Of a stretch of 64,000 bases of DNA, positions 1 to 9,118 are shown one piece after another (positions within the stretch are counted from its first letter, which is position 1; each line of letters begins with the position of its first letter). The position numbers and the translations under genes were made by a program. The notes below the pieces were generated by a model. The model was given only the letters and a program-made list of their open reading frames with translations. It was not told the DNA's origin and did no database searches. Origin of the DNA: Candidatus Latescibacterota bacterium (GTDB lineage: Bacteria; Latescibacterota; UBA2968; GCA-2709665). Where the stretch lies: contig OZ244744.1 of assembly GCA_965219455.1 (NCBI GenBank), positions 832,001-896,000 of the forward strand, given 5' to 3'.

Positions 1-561
1 GCGAAAGACGTCCAGCGCATGGTGGACCATACCCTCGAAATCTTCGGCGGCCGGCTCGATGTACTAGTGAACAACGCCGGCCAGTGGATGGACAAGTCGC
101 CCATTGCGGAATGCCCGGACGAACTGTGGGATCATATGATCAACGTCAACCTGAAGAGTGTTTTCCTCTGCTGCCGCGCGGCCATTCCCGCCATGCAAAA
201 ACACGGTGGCGGCGCCATCGTCAATATCTCCTCCGTCGCGGGCCATACCGGCGGCGGGGGGGGCACCCTGCCCTACGGCACGGCGAAGGGCGGGGTCAAC
301 ACCTTCACCCGTGGACTCGCAAAAGAGCTTGCCCCGCACGGCATCCGGGTCAACGCGCTGGCGCCCGGCGTTATCGACACCCCGATGCAGCACCGGCACT
401 CCACACCCGAACAGCTCGATTCCTTCGGGCGGGCCGCACCTCTGAAACGGGTGGGCAAACCCGAGGAAATGGTCGGCGCCGTGTTGCTCCTCGCCTCCGA
501 CCAGGGCAGTTTCATTACCGGTGAAATCATCGACGCCAACGGCGGGATCTACATGCGCTGA
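1..561 (+). CDS. Short-chain dehydrogenase/reductase (FabG-like), 5'-truncated by window edge
   Basis: LDVLVNNAG, NISS, catalytic YGTAK (YxxxK), IRVNALAPG, SFITG; the N-terminal Gly-rich motif lies upstream of the window. Confidence 0.92.
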   Translation, partial: AKDVQRMVDHTLEIFGGRLDVLVNNAGQWMDKSPIAECPDELWDHMINVNLKSVFLCCRAAIPAMQKHGGGAIVNISSVAGHTGGGGGTLPYGTAKGGVNTFTRGLAKELAPHGIRVNALAPGVIDTPMQHRHSTPEQLDSFGRAAPLKRVGKPEEMVGAVLLLASDQGSFITGEIIDANGGIYMR

Positions 562-687
562 CCGTGAACGGCGTCCGCCACCGGTCCTTGATGACCGTTC
601 GCGGGTTTCCGGCTTTTTCGAGGCGCATTTCGATTCTGATGCGCCAGGATCTGGCCGCAAATACACCCAATCAGACAGGAGACCTGA

Positions 688-1608
688 ATGAGAATCGGAT
701 GGACATTGCTTGTATCGCTGCTTCTTATCGCATGTGAAGCCGGAAAGAAGGAACTGGCAACCGAAAACGAAAGATCAAGTTACAGCTTTGGTTACACCAT
801 TGGAAAGGACGTTGTCAGAGGTTTGGAAAAACTCTCGTTGGAACTTAATTCGGATGCCTACTGCAAAGGCGTGATGGAAGCCGCGGCGGGCGGAGGCACA
901 CTCTATACCAGCGAAGAAATCCAGCAGACGCTTCAAGCCTTCCAGAAAGAAAGAGAGGTGGCGGACAACGAAAGGCTTAACTATTCTCTTGGATATGCAA
1001 TGGCCAGGGACGTCGTGGAAGGGCTTCGGCGCAACGGAGGTATTGAAATCGATCCGAACGCGTTCTCGACGGGTATACGCGACTGTATCCTGAAAACAGA
1101 ACCACGGATGACCAAAGAGGAGATCGATGCGGTTATGACTTCATTAAAGCAAAGAATGATCGAAAGGCAACAGGCCCAGATGAAGGCACGCGCCTCGCGG
1201 CCCAACCCGGGACAGATGGCCGAGAAAAACAAGGAAGAGGGCCGGCGGTTCCTGGCGCACAATCTAACGAAAGAGGGCGTCGTGGAACAACCCAGCGGCC
1301 TGCAGTACAAGATGACCAGAGAGGGTTCCGGGAAATCACCTTCGGCCACCGACAAGGTGACTGTACACTACCGAGGCACCCTCCTCGACGGCAACGAATT
1401 CGACAGTTCCATCAAGCGCGGAGAACCGGCCACTTTCCCGCTCAATCGGGTCATCGGGGGCTGGACGGAAGGGTTGCAGTTGTTGAAGGAGGGCTCCAAA
1501 TGCGTGCTCTTCATTCCATCCCACCTCGCCTACGGCGACCGCGGAAATCAGGGAATTCCACCCGGCGCCACGCTCATTTTCGAGGTTGAACTGCTCAAGG
1601 TCAATTGA
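688..1608 (+). CDS. FKBP-type peptidyl-prolyl cis-trans isomerase (FkpA/Mip-like), probable lipoprotein with two FKBP_N domains
   Basis: SGLQY, VTVHYRGTLLDGNEFDSS, VIGGWTEGL, IPPGATLIFEVEL; LLIAC lipobox-like signal; AGGAG RBS. Confidence 0.93.
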   Translation: MRIGWTLLVSLLLIACEAGKKELATENERSSYSFGYTIGKDVVRGLEKLSLELNSDAYCKGVMEAAAGGGTLYTSEEIQQTLQAFQKEREVADNERLNYSLGYAMARDVVEGLRRNGGIEIDPNAFSTGIRDCILKTEPRMTKEEIDAVMTSLKQRMIERQQAQMKARASRPNPGQMAEKNKEEGRRFLAHNLTKEGVVEQPSGLQYKMTREGSGKSPSATDKVTVHYRGTLLDGNEFDSSIKRGEPATFPLNRVIGGWTEGLQLLKEGSKCVLFIPSHLAYGDRGNQGIPPGATLIFEVELLKVN

Positions 1609-1820
1609 CTACCGGGCCGACAGGTTGAAACGTCGCGGGCAACGCGCTTTTTCGTCCAGAGATGAAGACAAACGTGCCTTGCGGGAAAACTATCTATTAA
1701 TATCAACTTTCAATAAATCTGTTGTGGAAAGTCGGCTTTTTTGTTAGATTGTTATGCTTCTATATTTGCCGTAAATTGAATAGCTTGCTCCCATATGCGG
1801 GAGTACGAAGGAGGTACGTG

Positions 1821-2072
1821 TTGCCCACACTCAAATCGTCCTACAAAAGGCTCCGACAGAACCAGAAGGCCCGGCTGCGAAATAAAAGCGCGCGTTCCGC
1901 TCTGAGAACCGTCCTCAAAAAGGCGGCGAACACCACGGGCAGAGAGGAAACGGAATCGATGATGCCGCAGGCGGTATCGGTCATAGACAAAAGTGTAAAA
2001 AAGGGTATCCTGCATCGAAACACCGCGGCCCGTTACAAATCCAACCTGGCCCGACGGGCAAATGCCCTGTAG
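1821..2072 (+). CDS. rpsT: 30S ribosomal protein S20
   Basis: [36 protein letters not shown]; TTG start after GGAGG at 1810-1814. Confidence 0.95.
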   Translation: MPTLKSSYKRLRQNQKARLRNKSARSALRTVLKKAANTTGREETESMMPQAVSVIDKSVKKGILHRNTAARYKSNLARRANAL

Positions 2073-2089
2073 ACAGCCCTTACACAAAC

Positions 2090-2133
2090 AAAAACGCGCC
2101 CGGTGTCTATAAGGACATCGGGCGCGTTTTTTT
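2090..2133. terminator. Bidirectional intrinsic terminator between rpsT and cysK
   Basis: AAAAACGCGCCCGGTGTC-TATAAG-GACATCGGGCGCGTTTTTTT. Confidence 0.88.
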
Positions 2134-2148
2134 AATTCGTTGGGTTTT

Positions 2149-2193
2149 GTGTCCCGTCCCGGAAATAGATTGCCTAAATTCGGGACAAAACAC
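2149..2193. repeat. Short copy of the MITE family at 27901-28069
   Basis: GTGTCCCGTCCCGGAAATAGATTGCCTAAATTCGG resembles GTGTTCTGTCCCAGAAATAGGTTGCCTAAATTCGG at 27904; ends with inverted GGGACAAAACAC. Confidence 0.65.
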
Positions 2194-3120
2194 TTATGAA
2201 AAGAGAAAAGCGTCCATGTAACGTTCTCCCGTATCCGGCAGAATGACCACCACGCGCTCGCCCGCCGTCATGGCTGCCGCAATCGCAACCGCCGCATGGG
2301 CCGCCGCCCCTGAGGAAATGCCCGCCAGGATGCCATCTTCCCTCGCCAGTCTGCGTGCCATCCGGCGGGCCTGGGTATTGGAAACCGAAACCACGCGATC
2401 CAGGATATCCACGTTGAGCACGGCGGGGATCATTCCGGCGCCCAGCCCGTCGATCTCCGTAGGTCCGGGTTTTCCGCCGGACAATACCGCGGAATCCTCG
2501 GGCTCAACGCCGACAACGCGCGTCTCCGGGAACTCCGCCTTTAAGACCTCGCCCACGCCGGTGACCGTCCCGCCGGTCCCCACGCCCGCAACGAAGACGT
2601 CGGGCGCTCCCTCCATCTGCCGCAGGATCTCACGCGCGGTCGTGCGGCGGTGAACATCGGGATTGGCCGGGTTCTCAAACTGTTGCGGTAGATAAGATTC
2701 CGTACCGTCCTCGACCAGTTCCAGCGCCTTTTCGATGGTTCCCTGCATCCCGTCGTAGGCCGGCGTCAACACGACCTCGGCGCCCAGCGCCCTGAGCAAC
2801 TTCCGGCGTTCGTCGCTGACGCCTTCCGGCATGGTGATCGTCAGCCTGTACCCCTTCACGGCGGCCACCATCGCCAGGCCGATGCCCGTATTCCCGCTGG
2901 TGGGCTCTACAATTCTCATTCCGGGCCTCAAATCGCCGCGTGCCTCGGCCGCCTCGATCATGGCCAGCGCCGTCCGGTCTTTCACGCTGCCCGCCGGATT
3001 GAACGCCTCCAACTTGGCCCAGACCACGGCCCCCTCCGAATCGGCCACCCGGTTCAGACGCACCATCGGCGTTGCGCCGATGAGATCCAGAATGTTGTCG
3101 GCTTTTCTGAGGGTATCCAT
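2194..3120 (-). CDS. cysK: Cysteine synthase A (O-acetylserine sulfhydrylase)
   Basis: IGATPMVRL, KLEAFNPAGSVKDR (PLP Lys), EPTSGNTG, QQFENPAN, GVGTGGT, PDTGERY; start set at ATG 3120. Confidence 0.92.
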   Translation of the reverse strand: MDTLRKADNILDLIGATPMVRLNRVADSEGAVVWAKLEAFNPAGSVKDRTALAMIEAAEARGDLRPGMRIVEPTSGNTGIGLAMVAAVKGYRLTITMPEGVSDERRKLLRALGAEVVLTPAYDGMQGTIEKALELVEDGTESYLPQQFENPANPDVHRRTTAREILRQMEGAPDVFVAGVGTGGTVTGVGEVLKAEFPETRVVGVEPEDSAVLSGGKPGPTEIDGLGAGMIPAVLNVDILDRVVSVSNTQARRMARRLAREDGILAGISSGAAAHAAVAIAAAMTAGERVVVILPDTGERYMDAFLFS

Positions 3121-3157
3121 GCTGTACGCCGCCGGGTGGGCTGGGGCCGCTTCCGAG

Positions 3158-3586
3158 CTAGATACGAAAGACGATACGCCCGCTTTGCATTCGATATTTC
3201 TTGCAGAGATCGCCAAACGTGACCGAGGCCAGAACCTCCTCCAGGGCCGCCTCCATCTCTTCATAAACTTCCTGCAGCACGTCTTTTTCGCCGTCCGCGC
3301 TTTCTTTCACTTCCGCGGTCAACTTGACCGGGCCCTCCAGGACCTCCAGGACCGCGCCAACGGTAATTTCGTCGGGCCGCCGGATCAGTTCGTGGCCGCC
3401 TTTGCGACCTCTGACGCTGCGCACCATCCCGGCATTGCGCAATGGATTCAGCAACTGTACGAGATAGGATTCAGGAATATTCTGCCGGGAAGCAATTTCC
3501 GCACTCTGCACGACCCCTTCGCCGTAGTGCAACGCCAGATCCAATACGGCCCGCAATCCGTAATTGCCCTTCGAGGAAATATACAT
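3158..3586 (-). CDS. Rrf2-family transcriptional regulator, CymR-like (lacks the IscR three-Cys motif)
   Basis: YGLRAVLDLA, IASRQNIPESYLVQLL, VRSVRGRKGG, ITVGAVLEVLEG; adjacent to cysK. Confidence 0.9.
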   Translation of the reverse strand: MYISSKGNYGLRAVLDLALHYGEGVVQSAEIASRQNIPESYLVQLLNPLRNAGMVRSVRGRKGGHELIRRPDEITVGAVLEVLEGPVKLTAEVKESADGEKDVLQEVYEEMEAALEEVLASVTFGDLCKKYRMQSGRIVFRI

Positions 3587-3641
3587 GCACGGCCTCCCTG
3601 AAACCCGGCGGGAACACACGTCCTCCGCGAATACCGGTCAA

Positions 3642-3926
3642 TCAACATCGTCCGCCGGCGATGGCCGGAACAATCGTCACACTGTCGCCGTCTTTCAGCG
3701 GCGTCTCCGTACCCTCCAGAAAACGAACGTCCTCGTCGTTGACGTACACGTTTACGAACCGGCGCAAACCGCCGGTGCCGGCTTCGACCAGATTCTCCTT
3801 GATGCCCGGATGTTTCGATTCCAGATCGTCAAGCAGTTCGCCCAGTGTTGCGCCGCTGGCTTCAACGTCCGCGCGATCGCCCGTGAATTTTCGCAATGGC
3901 GTCGGAATCCGTACAGTCAAGCCCAT
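3642..3926 (-). CDS. cysO: MoaD/ThiS-family sulfur carrier protein (CysO-like), C-terminus GG-RC
   Basis: VRIPTPLR, LRRFVNVYVNDEDVRFL, PAIAGGRC; GGAGG RBS; next to mec and cysM. Confidence 0.88.
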   Translation of the reverse strand: MGLTVRIPTPLRKFTGDRADVEASGATLGELLDDLESKHPGIKENLVEAGTGGLRRFVNVYVNDEDVRFLEGTETPLKDGDSVTIVPAIAGGRC

Positions 3927-4056
3927 CGTGTGAACCTCCTGAATTGTGGTTGCATTGCGTTCCCGGGATTGCAATGCAGATGCGTCGGATCTGTCCGTTC
4001 CTTCCCGTGTGAGGCCACTTCTTCACCGGTAACCATACGCACTTGCAATCCCATTC

Positions 4057-4530
4057 CTATTGGATTGCCGGATCGTAACCCTCCAGCGCCTTCTCCGCAA
4101 ATGTCTTCGTACGTCCGTCCCATTCGAACCCGGCCGCGCCCCGTACAGCGGCGTCCACCACGGAGACCACGAGATACACCACATCCGGAAAGGCCGGCTC
4201 GTCCATGAACATGGCGGCCTGGCGATCTTCCTCGGAAAAATACGCGCCGCAGTCGATGTGCGAATGATAAAACGCCACCACGCGGCCGCCCGCGCTTTCT
4301 GTCTCCGCAAAAATCCGGTGAACTTCCAGGTCGTCCATCCGGTAAGCGTTTTTCGAGGTGCGGGGGTGTTCCTCCGGGTTTCGGGCATGCAACCGGTCCT
4401 GTATATTCCCGCACCGATACACCTGATAGTCGCCGTCCGTCCCCGCCGCCACAATCCCACAGCACTCGGCCGGATAATCCTTGCGTGCATGTTCGTAAAT
4501 CTGTTTCCAGACCGCCCGATCCAAGTCCAC
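4057..4530 (-). CDS. mec: JAB/Mov34 (M67) metallopeptidase, Mec-like
   Basis: YPAECCG and JAMM motif YHSH-x7-S-x2-D (YHSHIDCGAYFSEED). Confidence 0.9.
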   Translation of the reverse strand: MDLDRAVWKQIYEHARKDYPAECCGIVAAGTDGDYQVYRCGNIQDRLHARNPEEHPRTSKNAYRMDDLEVHRIFAETESAGGRVVAFYHSHIDCGAYFSEEDRQAAMFMDEPAFPDVVYLVVSVVDAAVRGAAGFEWDGRTKTFAEKALEGYDPAIQ

Positions 4531-4536
4531 CCTCCT

Positions 4537-5484
4537 TCAAACCGGCTCGTCCAGACGCCACAACGGGGTGCTCATATATTTCTCGCCACTGTCCGGAAAA
4601 AGGGTAACCACAATCCCGTCGCCCGCCTCCTCGGCCACGCGCAACGCCCCCGCGAAGGCCGCACCGCACGACTGTCCGGCAGGAATGCCTAGCTCGCGCG
4701 TCAACCGCCTCGCGGCCGCGTAGGCATCTTCGGTCTCCACGCGGATCTTCTGATCCCACACCGAAGGGTCGTAAATGCCCGGCACGATGGATACGTCCAT
4801 ATTCTTCAGGCCTTCGATTCCGTGAAACTCGTGCGGTTCCACGGCCACTATCCGGACGTCGGGGTTGTACTCCTTCAACCGCCTGCCGGTGCCGATCAAC
4901 GTGCCGCTGGTGCCGAGGGTCGCCACGAAATGGGTCACGCGCCCCCGCGTCTGCCGCCAGATCTCCGGCGCCGTCTGCAGATAGTGCGCCCTGGGATTCG
5001 AAGGGTTATTGTACTGATCCGGTTTGTAATAACGCTCCGGATTGGCCGCCAATATCTCCCTGCACTTCAGAATGGCGCCATCGGAGCCCTCCAGCGGATC
5101 GCTCATAACAAGGCTCGCCCCGTAGGCCTGAATCACGTGCCTGCGTTCCACGCTCACGCTGCCCGGCATCACCAGTTCCACCCGATACCCCAACGACGCG
5201 CCGATCATCGCGTACGCGATTCCCGTATTGCCGGACGTCGAATCGATGATCACCCTATCGGGAGTCAACTCTCCTGATGAGATGGCATCCTGGATCATCT
5301 GCAGCGCCGGCCGGTCCTTCACCGATCCGCCCGGGTTGAACATCTCCATTTTCGCAAAAATCTCAACGCCATCCAGGTGATCCGCAAACTTCCGGATGCG
5401 CAAAAGCGGCGTCTTGCCGATGGCGTCGACAATTGTCGGCTGAATTCGGGAACCGATGTCCGTACTCCCAACCTGATGCCCCAC
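4537..5484 (-). CDS. cysM: PLP-dependent cysteine synthase B (CysM-like; probably CysO-dependent)
   Basis: IGKTPL, KMEMFNPGGSVKDR, DSTSGNTG, DQYNNPSN, LGTSGT, PDSGEKY; GTG start at 5484 estimated from GAGG RBS. Confidence 0.85.
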   Translation of the reverse strand: MGHQVGSTDIGSRIQPTIVDAIGKTPLLRIRKFADHLDGVEIFAKMEMFNPGGSVKDRPALQMIQDAISSGELTPDRVIIDSTSGNTGIAYAMIGASLGYRVELVMPGSVSVERRHVIQAYGASLVMSDPLEGSDGAILKCREILAANPERYYKPDQYNNPSNPRAHYLQTAPEIWRQTRGRVTHFVATLGTSGTLIGTGRRLKEYNPDVRIVAVEPHEFHGIEGLKNMDVSIVPGIYDPSVWDQKIRVETEDAYAAARRLTRELGIPAGQSCGAAFAGALRVAEEAGDGIVVTLFPDSGEKYMSTPLWRLDEPV

Positions 5485-5510
5485 AAGCAACCTCTTCCCG
5501 GTCGTGCGGG

Positions 5511-5640
5511 TGGAATACACCCCGATCACCTATAAAAATGGCCCCGTGTTGCCCGGGACCAAGCAGCAAAAACAATATATGCAGACGACCGGCTTTGTCA
5601 AGCGCAAACGGCGGAAGTCGGCAAAGCCAGCGATCAGCGT
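5511..5640. repeat. Direct repeat copy A (left boundary of defence islet; includes cysM promoter)
   Basis: Near-identical to 11764-11905; contains the 33-bp core at 5516-5548. Confidence 0.9.
5574..5601 (-). promoter_or_regulatory. Sigma70-like promoter for the cysM operon
   Basis: Minus strand TTGACA-16 nt-TATATT, followed by hairpin GGTCCCG..CGGGGCC and ATTTTT. Confidence 0.6.
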
Positions 5641-6004
5641 ACTGCGGTTGTCGATACGGCCAAGCGATCTCCATTTGCCGACGACCGCACCCATGCTGCA
5701 TTTGCGGGGGCGGTTCGCGAACCTCCCTCGGGGAGGAAGGGAAAGGCCTGCGCTATCTCGGTCTGCCCGTCCTGCAGGTGCCCATTCCGGGGGGAAGAAG
5801 GGGCCTTTCCGCGCTCGTTCGTTCAGTAGAGCTGTCCAGAAATGCCTACATAGCCCGCAGGGCAGAGTCTCACGAACTATCTACAGCGGTAATTCGCGAA
5901 AAGGCTACCCGCTGCGTCTGGGCAGTGCGCTCCTTTGCGCTTTTTCATGGCGAGAAAGAAAAAGGGCGTAAATTAAAAATCGAAAAAATCCAAATTCACA
6001 TTCT

Positions 6005-6058
6005 CTCCCCAAATTCCCTGCCTCCGGCGGGTTCCTTTTGACGCGACCAAAAGGAACC
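6005..6058. repeat. Dispersed palindromic repeat (second copy 49906-49950)
   Basis: 45-nt match with 2 mismatches; hairpin GGTTCCTTTTG-N7-CAAAAGGAACC. Confidence 0.75.
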
Positions 6059-6539
6059 AAAAGTCGCCGCTAGGCGCGGGGCCTGCCATATGCATAGCGC
6101 GAATCTCGCTGGGGGCTCCACATGATCGGTTGCCCTGCGAGCGAAAGTGGAAAACGGTGCTCAGTGCCGGACGGAACTACGCGCTCTGCTCTGGTTGACC
6201 TCATGATGGGCATCGCTGCCGACGTTCTATTGGCTTCCTGCTGGCGAGAGTACGGAAATGGCTCACACGAAAACACAAAGAGAAAAACAACAGTCAGCGG
6301 CGAGTGGTCAGTGGTCGCCCGCCCGGTTGTGTTGGGGGTTTGTTCGCCGCAGAAATCGCGCCGCTCACCATCAGCCTCGAACGGCAACACCAGGCGTCCC
6401 CTGTTGTCCCGTATAAACACCGGAACAACATGCCACCCGCTGCGAGGTCGGAGGTTGGTTCTCCGCGCTTTAACGTCCAGCACCACGATTCAGGAACGGC
6501 TGGAGGGGACGAAGGGCACCAAAGCGTGTCGACACTGTT

Positions 6540-6635
6540 GTGACGTTTCGCGGAAGAGCGGCCAAGCCGCGCGATCGGTTCCTGTCGCTCGACGAGTTGA
6601 AGCGCCTCGGCTTCATCCTCACCCATGCAGAGGGC
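6540..6635 (+). pseudogene. Possible tyrosine-integrase fragment
   Basis: Translates to KPRDRFLSLDELKRLGFILTHAE, resembling the R-x-RFLS-x-E-x-x-RL segment at the start of integrase catalytic domains; no catalytic residues visible. Confidence 0.35.
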
Positions 6636-6643
6636 AAACCCAA

Positions 6644-7684
6644 CTACGCGATCAACTTCAACATATCACGATGGATGTTGCGCCAGTTCTGAGCAAGATC
6701 AATGCTCCGGGCACGGATCGAGTAACCCTCCAGGCAGACATCGACCTTCACCGACGCGTCGACTGTCGGGTAGAGCAGGATTCCTTCGTGTCTCGGCCCG
6801 GGCGCCCTGGTTGCTTCGCGATTTCTTAGATAGGCCAGGAGTTGGTAAAGATTGTCAGAATGTAGCTTCCCGCCGTAGCGGCCGCCAAACGCCTCTCGGT
6901 AGTATTTCGCGTCCATGATGATTCGCCGATCCGGCGCTTCCAGTATGACGTCGGCTTCCATTTTCGGAAGTTTCAAGCGATGGTGATCGGGCGTGCCTTC
7001 GTCGGCCCAAGCGATGGCGCGCCCGCGATGGTTGACCCGATAACGGTCTTGCTCACGCTTATAGAACTCGATTATGAAGTCCTCGTACAGTTTTTCCATT
7101 CGATCTTCGCTGAAGTCGGTGAAACTCGCCTCCCCGGATCTTTCGTTCACCACAAGTTGTTCATGGATGAGTCTGCAGACCGACAACAGGAATCGATAGT
7201 ACCGGCGGTTGCGGTCGAGTTGTACCTGTCGGAACAGCCGGCGGTTCAACCGCACCACGCTCACGTGGTTCAGCTTGGTGTATGCATTACGGACATTGGC
7301 GTACACGTCGGAATCCAGGTTCGGGAGTCGCAGGAGGGATCCGAGCGTGGAGCGGAGGATGCAGTTGTGCAGGACATCGTGGGACAGTTCCTCAAAGTCG
7401 CAAACGACCCGTCCGCGGGCGCATAGCGCCCGTTTAACCGTCTCCCCCACAGCGATCTTTCCTCGGATACCGCCCAAATCTTCACGCACCTCCCGATACC
7501 CTCGGTCAATACCTCTGCGGATTAGACGGAACGTCCCTTCCGCAAGCACCTTGCCCAATAGTTCATGAACTCTCTCCAGCCCTTCCAGCTCCTCCTGCCG
7601 TACGACATCTCGTTCATCGACATGCCTCCAAGCGTAGCACAGGAGGTAATAGATGTTGGCGATGGGGATTCTCTTGTCGTTCAC
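6644..7684 (-). CDS. mcrC: McrC-family restriction endonuclease subunit
   Basis: IPIANIYYLLCYAW, MEKLYEDF, PD-(D/E)xK-type EADVIL..IMDAKYY, NLYQLLAYL, GILLYP; 4-nt overlap with mcrB. Confidence 0.92.
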   Translation of the reverse strand: MNDKRIPIANIYYLLCYAWRHVDERDVVRQEELEGLERVHELLGKVLAEGTFRLIRRGIDRGYREVREDLGGIRGKIAVGETVKRALCARGRVVCDFEELSHDVLHNCILRSTLGSLLRLPNLDSDVYANVRNAYTKLNHVSVVRLNRRLFRQVQLDRNRRYYRFLLSVCRLIHEQLVVNERSGEASFTDFSEDRMEKLYEDFIIEFYKREQDRYRVNHRGRAIAWADEGTPDHHRLKLPKMEADVILEAPDRRIIMDAKYYREAFGGRYGGKLHSDNLYQLLAYLRNREATRAPGPRHEGILLYPTVDASVKVDVCLEGYSIRARSIDLAQNWRNIHRDMLKLIA

Positions 7685-9069
7685 TGCTGCAATTTCTCCA
7701 CCAGTTTATCCACCTGTTTAGGACGGTCGAACCAGTACTCTCGCAACAGGGGCTCAACCTGTGTATCGACGATGCCAAGGTACCAATCGTCGTCCGCCGA
7801 CTCCTCTGGCACAAAGTAGCTGTGTCCGATCTGGAAATCGGGTCCGAGATCCTTGTCGTCGCGTATATGCTGGTTGAGCTCGGACAGGTTTCTGTCAATG
7901 CGGTCGACCAGAACTCGGTCGACGTCCGCTTCAAGCAGGTATTCGCGGAACTTCCCAGTGCCATATGCGGGCTGAAGCGTTTCGAATGCGAATCGGCGCC
8001 GTAGAGCATAGTCGACGATTGCCAGCGATCGATCGGCTGTATTCATGAGACCCAAAAGATGTACGTTTTCAGGGACGCTAAAGCGCTCCCCTGACGGACT
8101 GTACGTTAGCGCAATGGCGTGTTCGGGGCCACGCTTGTCCGCTTCGATGAGCATGAGCAACTCGCCGAATATCTTGGACAGATTGCCCCGGTTGATCTCA
8201 TCGATAATGAAGACGAAAGGCTTATCTAGATTTTGCTCCGCGCGCTTGCAGAACTCGAAGAACACGCCATTCCGTAACTTGAAGCCACCGGTCTCCGTCG
8301 GCCGCCAACCCTGAAAAAAGTCCTCATAAGCATAGGACTGATGAAACTGCACCATCTCGATAAACTGTGAGTCCTTGCGCCTTATCAGGCACCATGCGAT
8401 CCGTCGCGCGATGAATGTCTTGCCGACGCCCGGCGGTCCCTGAAGAATCAGATTCTTGCGAAGTGCGATTGAGTCGAGAATCCGGCGGAACTGAGGTTCT
8501 TCCAGGAACAGGTCAATTAGTGCCGTGTCAACATCATACGATTTGCCTTCCGTGTCATCGGGCTCAACTTCCGACTCGCCTGCATCGGCGTCGATTTTTT
8601 CGAATATATGTCGTAACCAGTCTCGATATTCCGTGAATCGAGTCAATGTCTTGGTCGTGATCAGGCCCGTGAAGTTGATCGGCGCACGGCACGGATGCCA
8701 CTCTACAGTCCTGACGTTTTTGTACTCTGCCCTTTCCGGCACGTAGGTGTATTCTCCGGTAACCTTTCCCCAGCCTAGAATGGCGCGGCGGCCTTTCTTC
8801 GCGATGAGGATGTCATCGATCTTAATCTCCTGCACGAATTCCCACGCCGCAAGTGACTGGTTGGAGGGGTTTTTTCCTCTGCCGTTCTCGATCAACGCGC
8901 TGTGGATATCCACCCTGGATTCATAATCGCTAAGGTTCCCGAGGTGGTCCCAACCAATTGCCGTGATACCAAGTTCGAGAAACTCTTCCCAAAAACGTGC
9001 GCCCCTGCCAGGCGCGATAGTCCAAACGTCGGCCGTGCCGAAACGGTCGCGGTACCATGCCGTTGACAT
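7681..9069 (-). CDS. mcrB: McrB-family AAA+ GTPase with a non-E. coli-type N-terminal domain
   Basis: GPPGVGKT, VQFHQSYAYEDF, IIDEINRGN, MNTADRS, DYALRRRF, IGHSYF; start set at ATG 9069. Confidence 0.92.
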   Translation of the reverse strand: MSTAWYRDRFGTADVWTIAPGRGARFWEEFLELGITAIGWDHLGNLSDYESRVDIHSALIENGRGKNPSNQSLAAWEFVQEIKIDDILIAKKGRRAILGWGKVTGEYTYVPERAEYKNVRTVEWHPCRAPINFTGLITTKTLTRFTEYRDWLRHIFEKIDADAGESEVEPDDTEGKSYDVDTALIDLFLEEPQFRRILDSIALRKNLILQGPPGVGKTFIARRIAWCLIRRKDSQFIEMVQFHQSYAYEDFFQGWRPTETGGFKLRNGVFFEFCKRAEQNLDKPFVFIIDEINRGNLSKIFGELLMLIEADKRGPEHAIALTYSPSGERFSVPENVHLLGLMNTADRSLAIVDYALRRRFAFETLQPAYGTGKFREYLLEADVDRVLVDRIDRNLSELNQHIRDDKDLGPDFQIGHSYFVPEESADDDWYLGIVDTQVEPLLREYWFDRPKQVDKLVEKLQQ

Positions 9070-9118
9070 TCCTATCAATCCTCTATTTGCATTCGACGAG
9101 GGCTCGTGGATTCCGAAC

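Noticed and set aside
3642-4530. ThiS-like plus JAB genes next to a defence islet as a CBASS/Bil-type ubiquitin-like defence system
   Set aside because: No E2, cyclase or effector; flanking cysteine synthases match the CysO/Mec/CysM pathway
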